Assembly: GCA_009914755.4 (NCBI GenBank)
Contig: CP068257.2
Span: 35,936,001 to 36,000,000, forward strand
DNA: 64,000 bases
Direction: 5' to 3'
Source of the DNA: the human T2T-CHM13v2.0 reference genome, Homo sapiens
Shown here: positions 28,526-43,773 of the stretch, piece by piece
Numbering within the stretch: the first letter of the stretch is position 1
How the letters are laid out: the number at the start of each line of letters is the position of its first letter
Notes under the pieces: generated by a model
Seen by the model: the letters and a program-made list of their open reading frames with translations, nothing else
Told to the model about the DNA's origin: nothing
Database searches by the model: none
Position numbers and translations under genes: made by a program

Positions 28526-30114
28526 TTAAATTATACCAAATATTTTCTTGCTCTCTCTCTCTGTGTCTCTCTGAGTTTTACTCCAAAGGTTTTCTGGAGA
28601 GGGCGCGCGGTGGAAACCAGACTTTGTTGGCGGAAAGAGATGGTTCAAACCTTTTGTCTGCTGCTTGCTCACTGGACGTTGGGCGAGGCATCTTACATGT
28701 TTGAGCCACTGCTTCCTCATTTGTAACTGGGAAATGATGCCCTCTCAACGGATAGACATGAGCGTTATATGAGATAAAGCTGTAATTTGCTTCCTGGCCC
28801 ATAACAGACCCCAAATAAATGCTATTTTCCATTTCTTCTCTTCCTTCTCCCAACCCATAGTTAGCCAGAAAAAAACCAGTTATGAACCAAAGAAAATTCC
28901 AGTTCACTGAATCCCTGTTTACATTTATGTAAATTAGAAGCATAAATGTAAATTACATTTATGTGCACTGCACTCCCAAATCAGTGTCCTCAGCAGGAGT
29001 TCAAAGAGGTGCTGCTCCCAGACTCAGGAAGTGCACCACTAGGCCGGTCCATGGACAGTCTTCTGAGCATGGGCCCCTCTCAGAAACAGAGGCTGTTTCA
29101 AGAATTCTATAGACATTGCATTTATTGGGCAACTGGCAAGCTGATGTCCCACCTAGTGGTTAGTGGGAGGTAGCCCATTTCAAGAAGAGATGAGAAGACC
29201 TTTCATAATATCTTCTGCTGGGCAGAGCCTGAAGAACTGTGTCAGCTCACCCCATTCTCTCCATTTACAGAGGCCTGGGCACGTACAGCACAAGCGTGAG
29301 GCATGACAGGTGCAGCGTGCAACGTCCTCTGGCAATGAGGGTGGGGCTGGTGAGAGTCACTCTCCTGGAGAGAGAGAGAAAGTCCTGAGATTAAGAGGCA
29401 TACCTTTGAATGGTTTCCCTAAAATATAAAATATTTCAAATACACAGAAAAGTTTATAACACACAACACATTCCCCACCCAACTCTCTTGAGTGCTAACA
29501 TTTTGTCACACTTGCTTTCTGTTTTATTAAGAAGCAAAACAATATATATGCCGTCAAATCTCCTAAAATACCCTTCCACGACCCTTTCTCTTCCCTGTCT
29601 TTCACCCAGTGGTAACCATCAGCTCCAATTTTGTGTGTACCTTTAATGGCATTCAAAAATTCCACTAACATCCCATGTGTGAATCCATTTTTTACATGTT
29701 TTCAAAATTTATTTTATTGATGACATGCTGTATGTATTTTTTCTATTATGAATAATGCAATGAACTTTCTTGTGCCATTTTCCCTATGGAACTTCTGCAA
29801 AAGTTTCTCTATTATTTTTTTACATGTGGAACTGCTGGATCAAAGAGCAAATGTTTTCTTTCCAGAGGTATTGTACCAAATTACCCTTCAAATCTCCAGA
29901 GGTAAGAAGACCTCATGCTCTATATTTGCACTTATGTTGAGATTGTTAGTCTTCTTAATATTTTCCATTTGATGGTTATGAAATGACATTTCATACTGTT
30001 TTGATTCATAGTTTCTTATTTAGTAGCTATATTGAACATCTTTTTATGTTTCTTGGCCTTGTATTTTTTTTCTCTTCTGAATGGTCTGTTGATATCTTTT
30101 GCCTTTTATTTTTA

Positions 30115-30393
30115 GTTTTCAGACAGGGTCTCGTTCTGTCATTCAGGCTGGAGTGCAGTGGCGGGATCACAGCTCACTGTAAACTTTGTCTCCCAGGTTC
30201 AAGCAATCCTGCCTCCTCAGCCTCCTGAGTAGCTGGGACTACAGGTGCACGCCACCATGGCTGGCTAATTTTTGTGTTTTTTGTAGAGACAGAGTTTTGC
30301 CATGTTGCCCAGGCTGGTCCCGAATTCCTGAGCTCAAGTGATCCTCCCACTGTGGGCCTCCCAAAGTGCCAGGCATGAGCCACTGTGCCTGGC
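30115..30393 (-). mobile_element. Alu (antisense) with 13-bp TSD
   Basis: TTTTCAGACAGGGTCTCGTTCTGTCATTCAGGCTGGAGTGCAGTGGCGGGATCACAGCTCACTGTAAACTTTGTCTCCCAGGTTCAAGCAATCC ... CATGAGCCACTGTGCCTGGCC; TSD CTTTTATTTTTAG before, CCTTTTATTTTTTAG after. Confidence 0.9.
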
Positions 30394-30867
30394 CCCTTTT
30401 ATTTTTTAGTTGGACTTTTTTCCTTACTGATTCTCAGGGTTGCCTTATATATTCCTAATAGGAATCCCCATTTTCGGTTATATGCTTTGCAAATATCTTC
30501 TCCCATCTGTATCTTATCTTTTTTATAAGTAAAAAGTTTAAAATAGAGTTATATACATTCATAAAAATGCACAAATCATAAATGTAGAGCTCAATGAATT
30601 GTTACACCCATGTAACCATCCAGATCCAAGAATTGGAATACAACTTGCCCTACTTCCTGACCATTCTAGCACCTGCCACACTCCCAAGATAAGCACCGTG
30701 CAGATTTCTGAGTAACTTTGTGTTGTTTTGAACTTTATATGATGAAGTCGCACACCATATACTCTTTGGTTTTTGTTTTTTTTCACTTGATTATAAAGTT
30801 GCAAGATTCGCTTATAATGTTGCGTGCAGCAGTCATTGTTTATTTCCCATTTCTATTTAGTATTTCA

Positions 30868-31275
<408 letters not shown>

Positions 31276-32928
31276 TTATGAATAAAGCTGCTGTGAACAT
31301 TCTGGTACATGCCTTTTGGTGCGCACAGAGCGAAAGTGCGAGGTCATAGGGCCCACGCGTCCAGCGTTTGTAAAGTCTGCCTGTAATGATGCTGCGAGTG
31401 CTGAAGACCCTTCCATTTTCGACCTGTCAGGATGTTAGCTGCTGCTGGGAGCTGCCTGGCCAAATGCTATCCTCTTAGCCCAGTGACAGTCCTGATTTAA
31501 TGACTAGGAGATGTGGGGATAAAACAGCCCAGCCCCACAGGTTAATGCTGGACGTCTCTGAAGGACCATCCCAGCTTCAGAACTTCCTGAAGGATCACCT
31601 GAAGTCTCCATTTCAAAGTTGAACAGAAGCAGTCAGGACAAATACAATTTTCCCTTCTTACCAGTGTAAGGGGGAAAGCAACCTTGTATTTCTGGAATCA
31701 ACTCCATTGGTCATGATGTATTTTTTATATTTTCCTTGTTATTATTGGTAGTATTTTAAAAAAGATGTTTGGACCTAACTGCATGAGGGATATTGGACTA
31801 TCATTTTCTTCTCTTATCTTCTCTTGCCATAAAATGAGTAGGGAAGAGTTTCCTCCTACTATATTTCTGAAAGAGATTGGTATTTTTATTTCTATTTGAT
31901 AGACTTTACTGGTGGAACCATCTGGGATGAGTAATTTCTTTGTGAGAAAATTTTAAAATTACAAAATTCAATTTCTCACTATATATATATATGTAGATGC
32001 GATTTCTCCTAGGTTTATAATTTGTGTCTCACAAGGAATTTGTTCATTTCATCTAAATTGTCACATGTATTGGCATAAAGTTGTTTATAATATAACTTTA
32101 TTAATTTTTTACTATTTGTAGGTACTATAGTAATGAGCCCTCTTTATTCCTGATATTGATAATCTGTGTGTTGTCTCTTCAGTTTTTTTTTTCTTAATCA
32201 GTCTATTTAGAAGTTTATCAATCAACCAGCTTTTGATTTCCTGTAAGTTTTCCTATTATTTGTCCACTTCCAATTTCACTGATTTCAGCTCTTTACTGTT
32301 TCCTTCATTCTTTTGATTTTGATATTATATTACTCCTCTTTTTTCTTCTAATTTCTTTAGGTTGATACTTAGATAACTGATGTTAGACTTTTCCTGTTTT
32401 TCAATAAAGAATACATTTCTGACTACATGGCAGCATCCCACATATTTTGATATTATATTTTCATTCACTCGCATTGAAATATTTCTAATTTCCTTTGTGA
32501 TCTCTTCTTTGACCGATGAATTACTTAGAAATGTACTACTTAATTTCCAAACATTTGTGGATTTTCTAGATATCTCTTTTAGTGGCTTGTATTTTAACTT
32601 CATTGTAGTTAGGGTACATACTTGGTATGATATAAATCCTTTAAAATTTATTGAAACTGTTTCTGACACTGGATATGGTCTATAGTGAATGTTCCGTGTA
32701 CACTTTTTACAAGATCTCTCTTAAATAAAATGCAAAGCTATAAAATTTCTAGAAGAAAATTTGCATAACCTTAGGTCTATTGATGAGATTTTACATATAC
32801 AACACTAAATGCATGATCCATTTAAAAAGTTTATAAGTTATTTACAAGATCTCTCTTAATTTATATAAATATACATTGAAATCAGTACTGCCTGCATCAC
32901 TGACTTTTATTTTTTATTTTTATTTGTA

Positions 32929-33199
32929 ATTTTTTTTTTTTTTTGAGGCTGGAGTCATTGGCACGATCTCTGCTCACTGCAACCTCTGCCTCCTGGGTTC
33001 AAGTGATTCTCCTGCCTCAGCCTCCTGAGTAGCTGGGACTACAGGCATGTGCCACCACGCCCGGCTAATTTTTGTATTTTTAGTAGAGATGAGGTTTCAC
33101 CATATTGGCCAGGCTGTTCTCGAACTCCTGACCTCGTGATCCTCCTGCCTCAGCCTCCCAAAGTGCTGGGATTAGAGGCGTGAGTCACCGCACCTGGCC
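32929..33199 (-). mobile_element. Alu (antisense, with internal deletion near the 3' arm)
   Basis: poly-T GAGGCTGGAGTCATTGGCACGATCTCTGCTCACTGCAACCTCTGCCTCCTGGGTTCAAGTGATTCTCCTGCCTCAGCCTCCTGAGTAGCTGGGACTACAGGCATGTGCCACCACGCCCGGCTAATTTTTG ... GGCGTGAGTCACCGCACCTGGCC. Confidence 0.9.
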
Positions 33200-33231
33200 G
33201 TATTTTTTATTTTTAATTTGTTATTATTTGG

Positions 33232-33490
33232 GTGAATTTAAGGGGTACAAGTGCAATTTTGTTACATGATTATATTGAGTAGTGGTGAAGTCTGGGATGT
33301 TAGTGTATCCGTCATCAGAATAATGTACATTGTGCCCATTAAATCATTTCTCCTCATCCACCTCCCTCCCACCCTCCACCCTTCATAGTCGCCAGTGTCC
33401 AGTAATCCACAGTCTCTGTCCATGTGTACACATCCTTTAGGTCCCATTGATAAGTGAGAACGTGTGGTATTTGTCTCTTTCTAAATCTCC
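33232..33490 (+). mobile_element. L1 fragment (diverged, region homologous to GGGTACATGTGCACAATGTGCAGGTTTGTTACATATGTATACATGTGCCATG...)
   Basis: GGGGTACAAGTGCAATTTTGTTACATGATTATATTGAGTAGTGGTGAAGTCTGGGATGTTAGTGTATCCGTCATCAGAATAATGTACATTGTGCCCATTAAATCATTTCTCCTCATCCACCTCCCTCCCACCCTCCACCC...GATAAGTGAGAACGTGTGGTATTTGTCTCTTTC. Confidence 0.75.
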
Positions 33491-33989
33491 ACGGGTTTAA
33501 CATAACCTAAAGCATCTGTTGGTAAACTCAGCGTTTCAGGTGTGAAAACTCTGAAAGTAGAGGCACCATCCAGCGAGATGAAGCAGTCAACTCTGACCCT
33601 ACCCTAATGTGTGACTTAAGAGTCCTGAGCACCTGAGCACCTTACTCTGAAGATGACTGTCCCCAAGGGCATGCTGTGTCCTAGCCCAGTGTCAGTAACA
33701 GAGCTCCTTCTGCCTCATGCCTTACCCTCTTCTCCCTCTGCTCAAGAACCAGTTGTTTGGCTGTGAAAGTGGCACCGCGTAGGGAAGGGAGTCACACACC
33801 CAGCCCTGAATCCTGAACCGGCTGGGCACAGGTGTGCTGTGAGAGTCTCGGAGCCTCCCACAGGGATCATCTTGCCTGCCTTGCAGGTTGGGTATGGACG
33901 ATACATCACTTATGTGTGGTGCCAGCCACAGAGTGAGCAATGAACACATTCATTCATTTATTCCACAAATATTTATTAAGCAACTGCTT

Positions 33990-34384
33990 TACACCAACAA
34001 CACCGTCCAGGCACTTGGGATAGGGTAGTGATTAAAATATAAAAAGGCCTGCCCACGTGGGGCTTAGACTCTAAAAAGCAGCAAAGAAAATGTAAACAAA
34101 TAAACATATTTCAGGTCAGGAGTTGGCTGGGGCTGCTGGAACAAACTGCCACAGGCCGGGTGGTTTGAACAACTGAAATCTCTTACTGATCTTCCTAGAG
34201 GCCGGAAGTCCAAGGTTGAGGTGTCCCTGGGGTTGGTTCCTGCTGGGGCTGTGAGGGGAAATCTGCCCAGGCCTCACCTCAGCTGTAGATGACCGGGCTG
34301 GTCCCGCCCAGGTCCAGCCTGGAAGGAGAATATCTCCTTGGTCTAAGAACCATTTGCCTTGTGTGGGAAGAGATTGATAGGTGG
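33990..34384 (-). mobile_element. MLT1-type MaLR LTR fragment (antisense), apparently truncated by the HERV-H insertion
   Basis: GGCTGCTGGAACAAACTGCCACAGGCCGGGTGGTTTGAACAACTGAAATCTCTTACTGATCTTCCTAGAGGCCGGAAGTCCAAGGTTGAGGTGTCCCTGGGGTTGGTTCCTGCTGGGGCTGTGAGGGGAAATCTGCCCAGGCCTCACC. Confidence 0.65.
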
Positions 34385-36300
<1,916 letters not shown>

Positions 36301-36339
36301 CAATGAGATGTGGCTACAGTCCAGGAATAGTCAGGGAAG

Positions 36340-36600
36340 CAGATAATTTAGTTAGTGTCTCGGCCTAATAAGGGAACTGGGCAGGTGGGGATAATTAAAA
36401 ATAAGTGCTTAAAACAGTATCGTCTAAGTTGGCGCCAGAGTTGGGGAGTTTTAAGAGGTTTAGAAGCCTGGCCGTCAATACCCACAACAGTTATGGAGGC
36501 AAGGGAAACAGGCCTTTGAAAAGGAGGTAATGTGGAGTGGGTAGTCTCCGTATTGACTAAGAAGGGGATGGACTTTCCCTCCACCGTGAGAGTTACTCGA
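36340..36600 (-). pseudogene. HERV-H protease remnant (degenerate DTGA: NTET; LLGRD motif)
   Basis: ORF 36348..36584(-): MEGKSIPFLVNTETTHSTLPPFQRPVSLASITVVGIDGQASKPLKTPQLWRQLRRYCFKHLFLIIPTCPVPLLGRDTN. Confidence 0.75.
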
Positions 36601-36699
36601 AGTTCGGCATCCGTGATGGTCTAGGGGGCTTCTGAGGCGATTGGGCAGTGTCAGTCTTCAGCTGCTAAGCCGAGAAGATCTGGGAAGGAGTCAGTCAGA

Positions 36700-37893
36700 G
36701 AGCCTTGGGCCAGAGTTCCAGGGGCTCTGGGAGTGGCTGTCAGGTGAGTTGAACAGTCCGATTTTCAGTGGGGTCCCGCACAGATGGGATGCGGCTTAGG
36801 AGGAATCCTGGGCTGCAGGCATTCCTTGGCCTGGTGGCCAGATTTCTGGCACTTGTAGCATGCTCCCGGGGGAGGAGGTTCTGGAGGAACCCCTGGCAGC
36901 TGCGCTTCAGGCGTTTGGAAGTTCTTGTGTCCTGGAGATGTGGCTGGGGTTTGTCTCACAGTGGAGGCAAGGAATTGCAACTCAGAAATATGTTGCTACT
37001 TGGCTGCTTCTACTCTATTATTGTACACCTTGAAGGTGAGGTTAATTAAGTCCTGTTGTGGGGTTTGAGGGCTGGAATTTATTTTTTGGAGCTTTATTTA
37101 AAGTCGGGAGCGGACTGGGTAATAAAATGTATATTGAGAATAAGACGGCCTTTTGACCTTTCAGGGTCTAGGGCTGTAAAGCGTCTCAGGGTTGCTGCCG
37201 AACGAGCCATGAACTGGGCTGGGTTTTTCATATTTGATGAAAGAGCCTAAACGCTAACTGATTTGGGAGAGGTCGGATAAAGAAAAAGGAGCATTAACCT
37301 TGACTATGCCTTTAGCTCCAGCCACCCTTTTTAAGAGGAAATTGCTGGGCTGGTGGGGGAGGGCTAGTCACGGAACGAAACTGTAAGCCAGACTGGTGTG
37401 AGGAGGGGAGGTGATAAAAGGATTATAAGGTGGAAGAGCGGAGGCTGAGGAAGAATTGGGACCTAGCTCAGCCTGGCGAGGAGGGGAGGGGTCAGATGGG
37501 CCTGTAGAAAAGGAAGATTAGAAGGACTCAGCGATGCTTGGGGTTGGGACTGAGGGGACAGGCAGGAGGGAAAGAAGGAAGATTTGGGACGACTTGCATT
37601 GGGAACAGAGACTAGAGAGGGACTGATGTGTAAAAGAATGCCTGGATGTCAGGCACCTCAGACCGTTTGCCTATTTTACAACAAGAATTATTTACATCTT
37701 GTAGAATGGAAAAATTGAAAGTGCCGTTTTCTGGCTATTTGGAACCATTGTCAAGTTTGTATTGGGGTCAGGTGGCATTGCAGAAGAAAATAAGGCATTT
37801 AGGTTTTAGGTCAGGTGTGAGTTGAAGAGGTTTTAGGTTTTTAAGAACACAGGCTAAGGGAGAAGGGGGAATGGAGGGTGGAAGCTTGCCCAT
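36700..37893 (-). pseudogene. HERV-H gag remnant (interrupted ORF; MA start through NC zinc knuckle)
   Basis: ATG at 37893 (rc ATGGGCAAGCTTCCACCCTCCATTCCCCCTTCTCCC); six-frame ORFs 37768..38190(-) and 36765..36980(-) carry HERV-H gag N-terminus and CX2CX4HX4C motif; the frame is broken between them. Confidence 0.8.
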
Positions 37894-38466
37894 AGTGAAG
37901 GAGGTAAGCCCAGAGAAAAGAGAGAGTAGAGACATGGAGAGAAGGGGTGGGGGGTTCTTGACCCCCAGAAAAGCGGAGAAGGGGTGGCGACACAGAGAGA
38001 AGGGGTTGGGGGGTTGTTGCCCCCCAGAAAGGCGGTACTTGCCGCTAAGGGTGAAGGACCAAGGCAGGCGTCCCCGCGTGGTAAAACACCTCTGAAACGT
38101 GGGTGAATAATCAGGGATGTGTCCCCGCGTGATTAAACACCAAGGGAAGACTTCTTGAGTCCGTGACTGGCGCTGGAGTTTTGGGTCCACGGATAAAACG
38201 CGTCTCCTTCGTCTTTACCAGAAAAGGAAAGGAACTGAAATTAAGGGAGAGATTAAAGTGTGGTGCCAAGATTGAAAGGAGAAAGAGGTTGAGGGACAGT
38301 GAGAGAGGTTGGAGAAGAGAGTAAAAACAAGGCCACTTACCGGAGTTAAAATTGGTGAGATGTTCCTTGGGCTGGTTAGTCTGAGGACCAGAGGTCGTAG
38401 GTGGATCTTTCTCATGGAGCAAAGAGCAGGAGGACAGGGGATTGATCTCCCAAGGGAGGCCCCCGA

Positions 38467-38484
38467 TCCGAGTCACGGCACCAA
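38467..38484 (-). other. Primer-binding site complementary to tRNA-His 3' end
   Basis: rc = TGGTGCCGTGACTCGGAT immediately downstream of the LTR7 U5 end. Confidence 0.85.
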
Positions 38485-38909
38485 AATTTCACTCGCGTCC
38501 TTGTGAAGAGACCACCAAACCGGCTTTGTGTGAGCAACAAGGCTGTTTATTTCACGTGGGTGTGGGTGGGCTGAGTCCGAAAAGAGAGTCAGCGAAGGGA
38601 GATAGGGGTGGGGCCATTTCATAAGATTTGGGTAGGTAAAGGAAAATTACAGGCAAAGGAGGGTTGTTCTCTGGCGGGCAGGAGTGGGGGTCACAAGGTG
38701 CTCAGTAGGGGAGCTTTTGAGCCAGGATGAGCCAGGAGAAGGAATTTCACAAGATAATGTCATCAGTTAAGGCAGGAACAGGCCATTTTCACTTCTTTTG
38801 TGGTGGAATGTCATCAGTTAAGGCAGGAACCGGCCATCTGGATGTGTATGTGCAGGTCACAGGGGATATGATGGCTTAGCTTGGGCTCAGAGGCCTGACA
38901 TCCTCTCAA
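38485..38909 (-). promoter_or_regulatory. LTR7 (HERV-H 5' LTR, U3-R-U5 with AATAAA)
   Basis: rc reads ...CCTGTGACCTGCACATACACATCCAGATGGCCGGTTCCTGCCTTAACTGATGACATT...CCCAAATCTTATGAAATGGCCCCACCCCTATCTCCCTTCGCTGACTCTCTTTTCGGACTCAGCCCACCCACACCCACGTGAAATAAACAGCCTTGTTGCTCACACAAAGCCGGTTTGGTGGTCTCTTCACAAGGACGCGAGTGAAATTT; a 32-bp duplication of the CTGCCTTAACTGATGACATT region is present. Confidence 0.85.
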
Positions 38910-39377
38910 CCCCCAACTAATTACATTTGCAAAGACGCTATTTTAAAATAAGGTCACATCCTGAGGTTCTGGGTAGATGTGAAATTTGGGGGATACTATT
39001 CAACCCCTTACAGGCATTCACACTGGGCTCAGCATGTGGTAGCAAGGTAGTCACCCACAGTGGCTGGAAGCTCCTTCCTTTAGGCCTGAGACAGGAGGCC
39101 CTGAGAGTCCTGGTCCCGACCTGGTGAGCCCTGCTCCCGCCCCAGATGACCCCTCATGACCCCTAATCTTTGGGGACAAGCCTGCTGACACTGACCAGGC
39201 TGGAGGACATTTGTTTGCTCCCCTCCTCCAGCACCCAGGGCAGCCCTGGAGTTTTTTCTAGCTTTCCCCGATTCTTTTTTCAGCCCTATTTTATTTTCTG
39301 CATCTTTTTTTCCTATATCTCAAGTAGCCTGCAATCAAACCAAAGGCACGGTCTGAATGTTGTGGTTATTGAGAGGG

Positions 39378-40030
39378 TAAAGTTTTTTATTTTTATTTTT
39401 AGAGATGGCATCTCTCACTGTTACCCAGGCTGGAGTGCAGTGGTGTGATCCTTTGGACTCAGTTGATCCTCCCGCTTCAGCCTCTTGAGTAGCTGAGTCT
39501 ACAGGCATGCACCACTGTGGAGTCCAAATTAGTAAGCAACAATGAGAAAGGGGCCCCCTGTGGGGAGAGCCATTGTTCTGAGAGACCGGTAATCACAGAC
39601 AACCCACTAGCACAACATCCTGTTCCCAAATACCTCGCGCCACACAGCGCCAGCAGCACAACCTCATTCTGCACATAGCCCCCTCCAGTGTGAACCTATA
39701 AAACTTCCCTCCAGCCCCTGCCTCTCTGCACACAGCCCTTTCTCTGCTGTGCTGTCCATTAAACCCTTGCAACATTTCTCTGTACCTTACCTAATAAATT
39801 GGCCTTTCTTTACTTACAACTGTCTTGGTAAAATCTTCTACCACCTGTGATGCTGGCCCCAGCCAGTCGCACCCACGACAGCCACCATGTCCGGCTTTTT
39901 AAAAAAATTTTTGTAGAGATGGGGTCTTGCCATGTTGCCCAGGCTGGTCTTGAACTCCTGGCTTCAAATGATCCTCCTGCCTCAGCCATCTAATATGCTG
40001 GGATTACAAGCGCAAGCCACCGTGCCTAGG
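39378..40030 (-). mobile_element. Alu (antisense) apparently split into two halves (39378-39527; 39893-40030) by a ~365-bp LTR-like insert
   Basis: Left piece poly-T..GAGATGGCATCTCTCACTGTTACCCAGGCTGGAGTGCAGTGGTGTGATCC...GGCATGCACCACTGTGG; right piece CACCATGTCCGGCTTTTTAAAAAAATTTTTGTAGAGATGGGGTCTTGCCATGTTGCCCAGGCTGGTCTTGAACTCCTGGC...AGCCACCGTGCCTAGGC; the insert carries TATAAAA, ATTAAA and AATAAA. Confidence 0.55.
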
Positions 40031-43000
40031 CTGCAAACGTTTTTCTAAACGTTAAAGCAATCATTTGTTTAAAACTATTTTTAATTTGAAAAGAGAGAGA
40101 AAGTACAATACGTAAATGCGTGAAATTGGTGGTGGGCTGCAAAAATGCTCATACTGAGTTCTTTCTGTCTGTCCCCTCTCGACTTGGTTATCAATTCCTG
40201 CACCCCCTTGGGCTCTGTCAGGATTGCATCCTGTCTGCTTTGTACACATGGAACAGACTTCTGGGTTCTTGGCAGCCCTAAGGGATCAGGCTCTAGTGAG
40301 TGATCACAGCCAGCGCTGCCTTCCTTTCAGGCCCTGGTGCTTCTCTGTTTATGTGCCTTACGGCTTCTGCAGCGCTGCGATGCCTGGAGGAAGAATTTCC
40401 CACTTAGAGGCTTACTGCTCTGTGCACAGACACGCGAGTTGCAGAATGAGTGTCTAATTTGGCGTGGCCCATGAAGGGTGAAGGCTCAGCCCCAGGTCTT
40501 GGTTTACCTTCAGCTGCTGGCAATGGAGGTGAGGGGGAGGGTGGGGCCGTGGGTTTCCACTTAATTTGTTTCTCCTGGATCTTTGGCCCTGGCAGCCTCC
40601 CTTCAGCATTTTGAGGTACGGATAAACCCCCGGAGAAGGTTTGTTCAGATTCCATTTGACACCAGTTATCTCGGTCACCCTGTGTCTGAGTGCCGGCTAA
40701 GTAGCTGTCCGCCTGCATTTCCCATTGCAGTCTTCTCACTTCCAGGACTTGTTAGGGTGCATTAGCCAGAGCTAATTAGCAGTGAGATTGTTGCTGTGGC
40801 TCAGAGGGTTTCATAGGGCGGCTCTTCGTGGCTTCAGCATGGGTGCAAACCAAGGGATGACGTGAATAGCGATCCTGACAGTTGTGTTTTCATCAGGGAG
40901 CTGCTGTGACCCTCTCGTTGGAATGCCGTGAATATGATGTGGTTCTGTCTTCCTTGTTGCTACTTTTTGGCGGGGAAGTGATGTGTGAATTCGGAGAAGG
41001 AAGCAGAGGAGGGCCGGGTGGGCGTTGCCCTGGGCAGGTGCTGTAGAGGGAGGGGACAGTGTGGAAACTGGGCTGAGGGAGTTAACCCCTCTCACCAGGC
41101 CCCTTCCCAGCCCAGCGTCCGCAGAAGTGGAAGGGAAATGGCAGTGAGGCCTCATGTGGCAGGTGGTTTTCCAAAGCTAACTACAAAGCTGTTGCCACGC
41201 CTATGGTCTTCTGTGAACTTGCCACCCTGTGATGGTGGAGCCTCTGCGTGGTGGAATCCTGGAATCCGACTGCATGGAGCATCGGAATATGGTGAAAAAT
41301 CACTCCGTTCCTCGTGTGGATAGGTAAACCAAAAATAAAATTCCAACCCCGCCCCCCGCCCTCCCCATCTGAAGGTACCCCTCCCCTTGGCAAGGGTATT
41401 GGAAGGCTAACCTGAGGGACTGGTTCAGGCCACGATGTGGGGCGGGGGCTGGACATGCCTCACTATCCCCTCCTCCCTTTCAGAATGACTGATAGAACAG
41501 GCTCTTTCAGTCTAATGAGAAACATTTACAATCTCTTCTCTCTGAAGCCTGCTACCTGGTAGCTTCACCTGCATAATAAAACTTTGGTTTCCACAACCCC
41601 TTAACATAACCCAGACACTCCTTTCTATTGATGCCAGGTCTTTAGATAGTAACTTAACTCCTTCAACCGATTGCCAATCAGAAAAAATTTAAATCTAACT
41701 ATAACCTGGAAGTCCCCTCCCCGCTTCCAGTTGTCCCGCCTTTCTGGACAAAACCAATGTTTATCCAACATGAACTTGATGTCTAGTGTCTCCCTAAAGT
41801 GTGTAAAACTAGGCTGTGCCCTGACCACCTTGGGCACATGTTCTCAGGGTCTCCTGGGGCTGTGTTATGGGCAGAGTTTGGCTCTTTTCACTGACAGACA
41901 TTAACATTAACTGAGGTGCTTTGGCTTCTAGCCCCTTGGAAGATGCCGTCCTGTAAGGAGGGGCACCTGGAGACTTCCCGACTGGGAAGAGCTCACATCT
42001 TGTGGAGTTTGGGGGCTGCGGAGACAGAGCAAGACAAGGAGGCTGAGGCACCCGCTGATGGTGCTTGGGTCAGAGACACATCCTCTGTGCCTGTCCTCCC
42101 AATCCCTGACCTGTAAAATCATGAGAAAATAAAGGATGATTTGAAGCCTTGAAGTGTGGGGAGGCTGCCTATGGAGCAACCACATCACCGGAGCATCCAG
42201 CCAAGACAAGGCTGGGATGCGGATGAGGTTGTAAGATGAGCTGCCCAATAGCCTGGTGGATGGGGATTTCAGCGGCTCTCCCAGGCAAAGAGAGGGGCAT
42301 CTGGCAGGGCCCAGTGAAGACTCTGGCTTCCTGTGCAGCCTGGTGGAGGCCCCCATCTCACTGCCTCTGGGTGTGAGAGGGGACTGAGCAAGAGCAACTC
42401 ACTGTCCGCTTGCTGGGAAGCTCAACGTTCATCTCCCCACTTAGCAAATGCATCCCGATTACGTGTCCACAGGCCTGCTGAGACAGGAGGAGCAAACAGG
42501 TGACCTGGGCCCTCAGCAACTGACGGTGTAGTGGCACGTCCCAAGAAATCCCTGCACATCCCTGGGAGGGGCAGGCGGGTTTCCATGGGTCACTCAGAGT
42601 GGGGAGTGCAACCCAGATGGTGGCTGCTCCACCAAGAGCCTCCCTTAGCTGGTACCTCTCTGGATGCTCCTCTGGGGAGTCTTAGCGATGGAAGCAATAT
42701 GGCCATCAAGGTATCATAGCTGGGTCATGACATGAGCACCTCCTGAATCCAGGTGGATAAATACAGGTGAGATTTCCTTAGGGGCTTTGAGGCACCACTT
42801 GTTGAGACCCCTCTCCCTCGAGGAACAGGGAGTCATGTTTAGGGACTAAGCCCTGATCTTTTTCCCTTCGTCTTTGTTATCCTTGGCAGTAGCCCTGAGC
42901 CCTCCTGTAAAAAGTAAAGTAGAGGTTCCTCTTCAAAGATTTTCTCCCCATTTAATTAGGAATAAATAGTAACTTCTCTTAAAAGCAAAATTTAGTCAAA

Positions 43001-43467
43001 GACCTGCACTAACATTCTTAAATATCTGCTAGCCGTAATAAAGAAATCAATATACTTTATGTTCTTAGCTCCCACAATTTAGCCTAAATATTTGCCATGA
43101 CATGCTTATACTGGTCCAAGCAAGCATTAGGTCATAGCCTGTTCCTCTTCCTTATTTGAAGGTGGTTTTACCTTTCTCAGCATTCCGCAAAGTTACTTCC
43201 TCCTTCCTCTGTTCTCCTCTGCCTTTGCCTGTTTTAAAAAGTTCTAAGTTGCTAGCCAATCGAGACAAATACAGAATGTGAGGTTCCCTTCCAGCCAGTG
43301 GAAACCGGACACAGCAGTAGGGTGGACGCGCCAGGTTATAAATGATCCCGTCTCCTTTGTTTGGTGTATTGTCGTGGCAAAACTGCTGGCGAGTGTACCC
43401 TTTCTGCAGAAAGTATAAAAATGGCCTTGCTAAAAAAATTAAATTTATGTTCAAGTGCTATTTCTTT

Positions 43468-43773
43468 CTTTCTTTCTTTTTTTTTTTTTTTTTGAGACAG
43501 AGTCTTGCTCTGTCGACTAGGCTGGAGTGCAGCGGTGCGATCCTGGCTCACTGCAACCTCCGCCTTCTGAGTTCAAGCAATTCTCTGCCTCACCCTCCCA
43601 AGTAGCTGGGACTACAGGCACATGCCGCCACGCCCGGCTAATTTTTTTGTATTTTTAGTAGAGACGGGGTTTCACCGTGTTAGCCAGGATGGTCTGGATC
43701 TCCTGACCTCGTGATCCGCCCACCTCGGCCTTCCAGAGTGCTGGGATTATAGGCGTGAGCCACCGCACCCGGC
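43468..43773 (-). mobile_element. AluY-like (antisense) with 17-bp TSD
   Basis: poly-T GAGACAGAGTCTTGCTCTGTCGACTAGGCTGGAGTGCAGCGGTGCGATCCTGGCTCACTGCAACCTCCGCCTTCTGAGTTCAAGCAATTC ... GGCGTGAGCCACCGCACCCGGC; TSD TCAAGTGCTATTTCTTT both sides. Confidence 0.9.

Noticed and set aside
37920-38140. Tandem duplications and CpG-rich patch that could be mistaken for an independent promoter
   Set aside because: They lie within the HERV-H leader, between the PBS and gag. Such leader repeats are a known feature of HERV-H copies, so they are annotated as part of the provirus.
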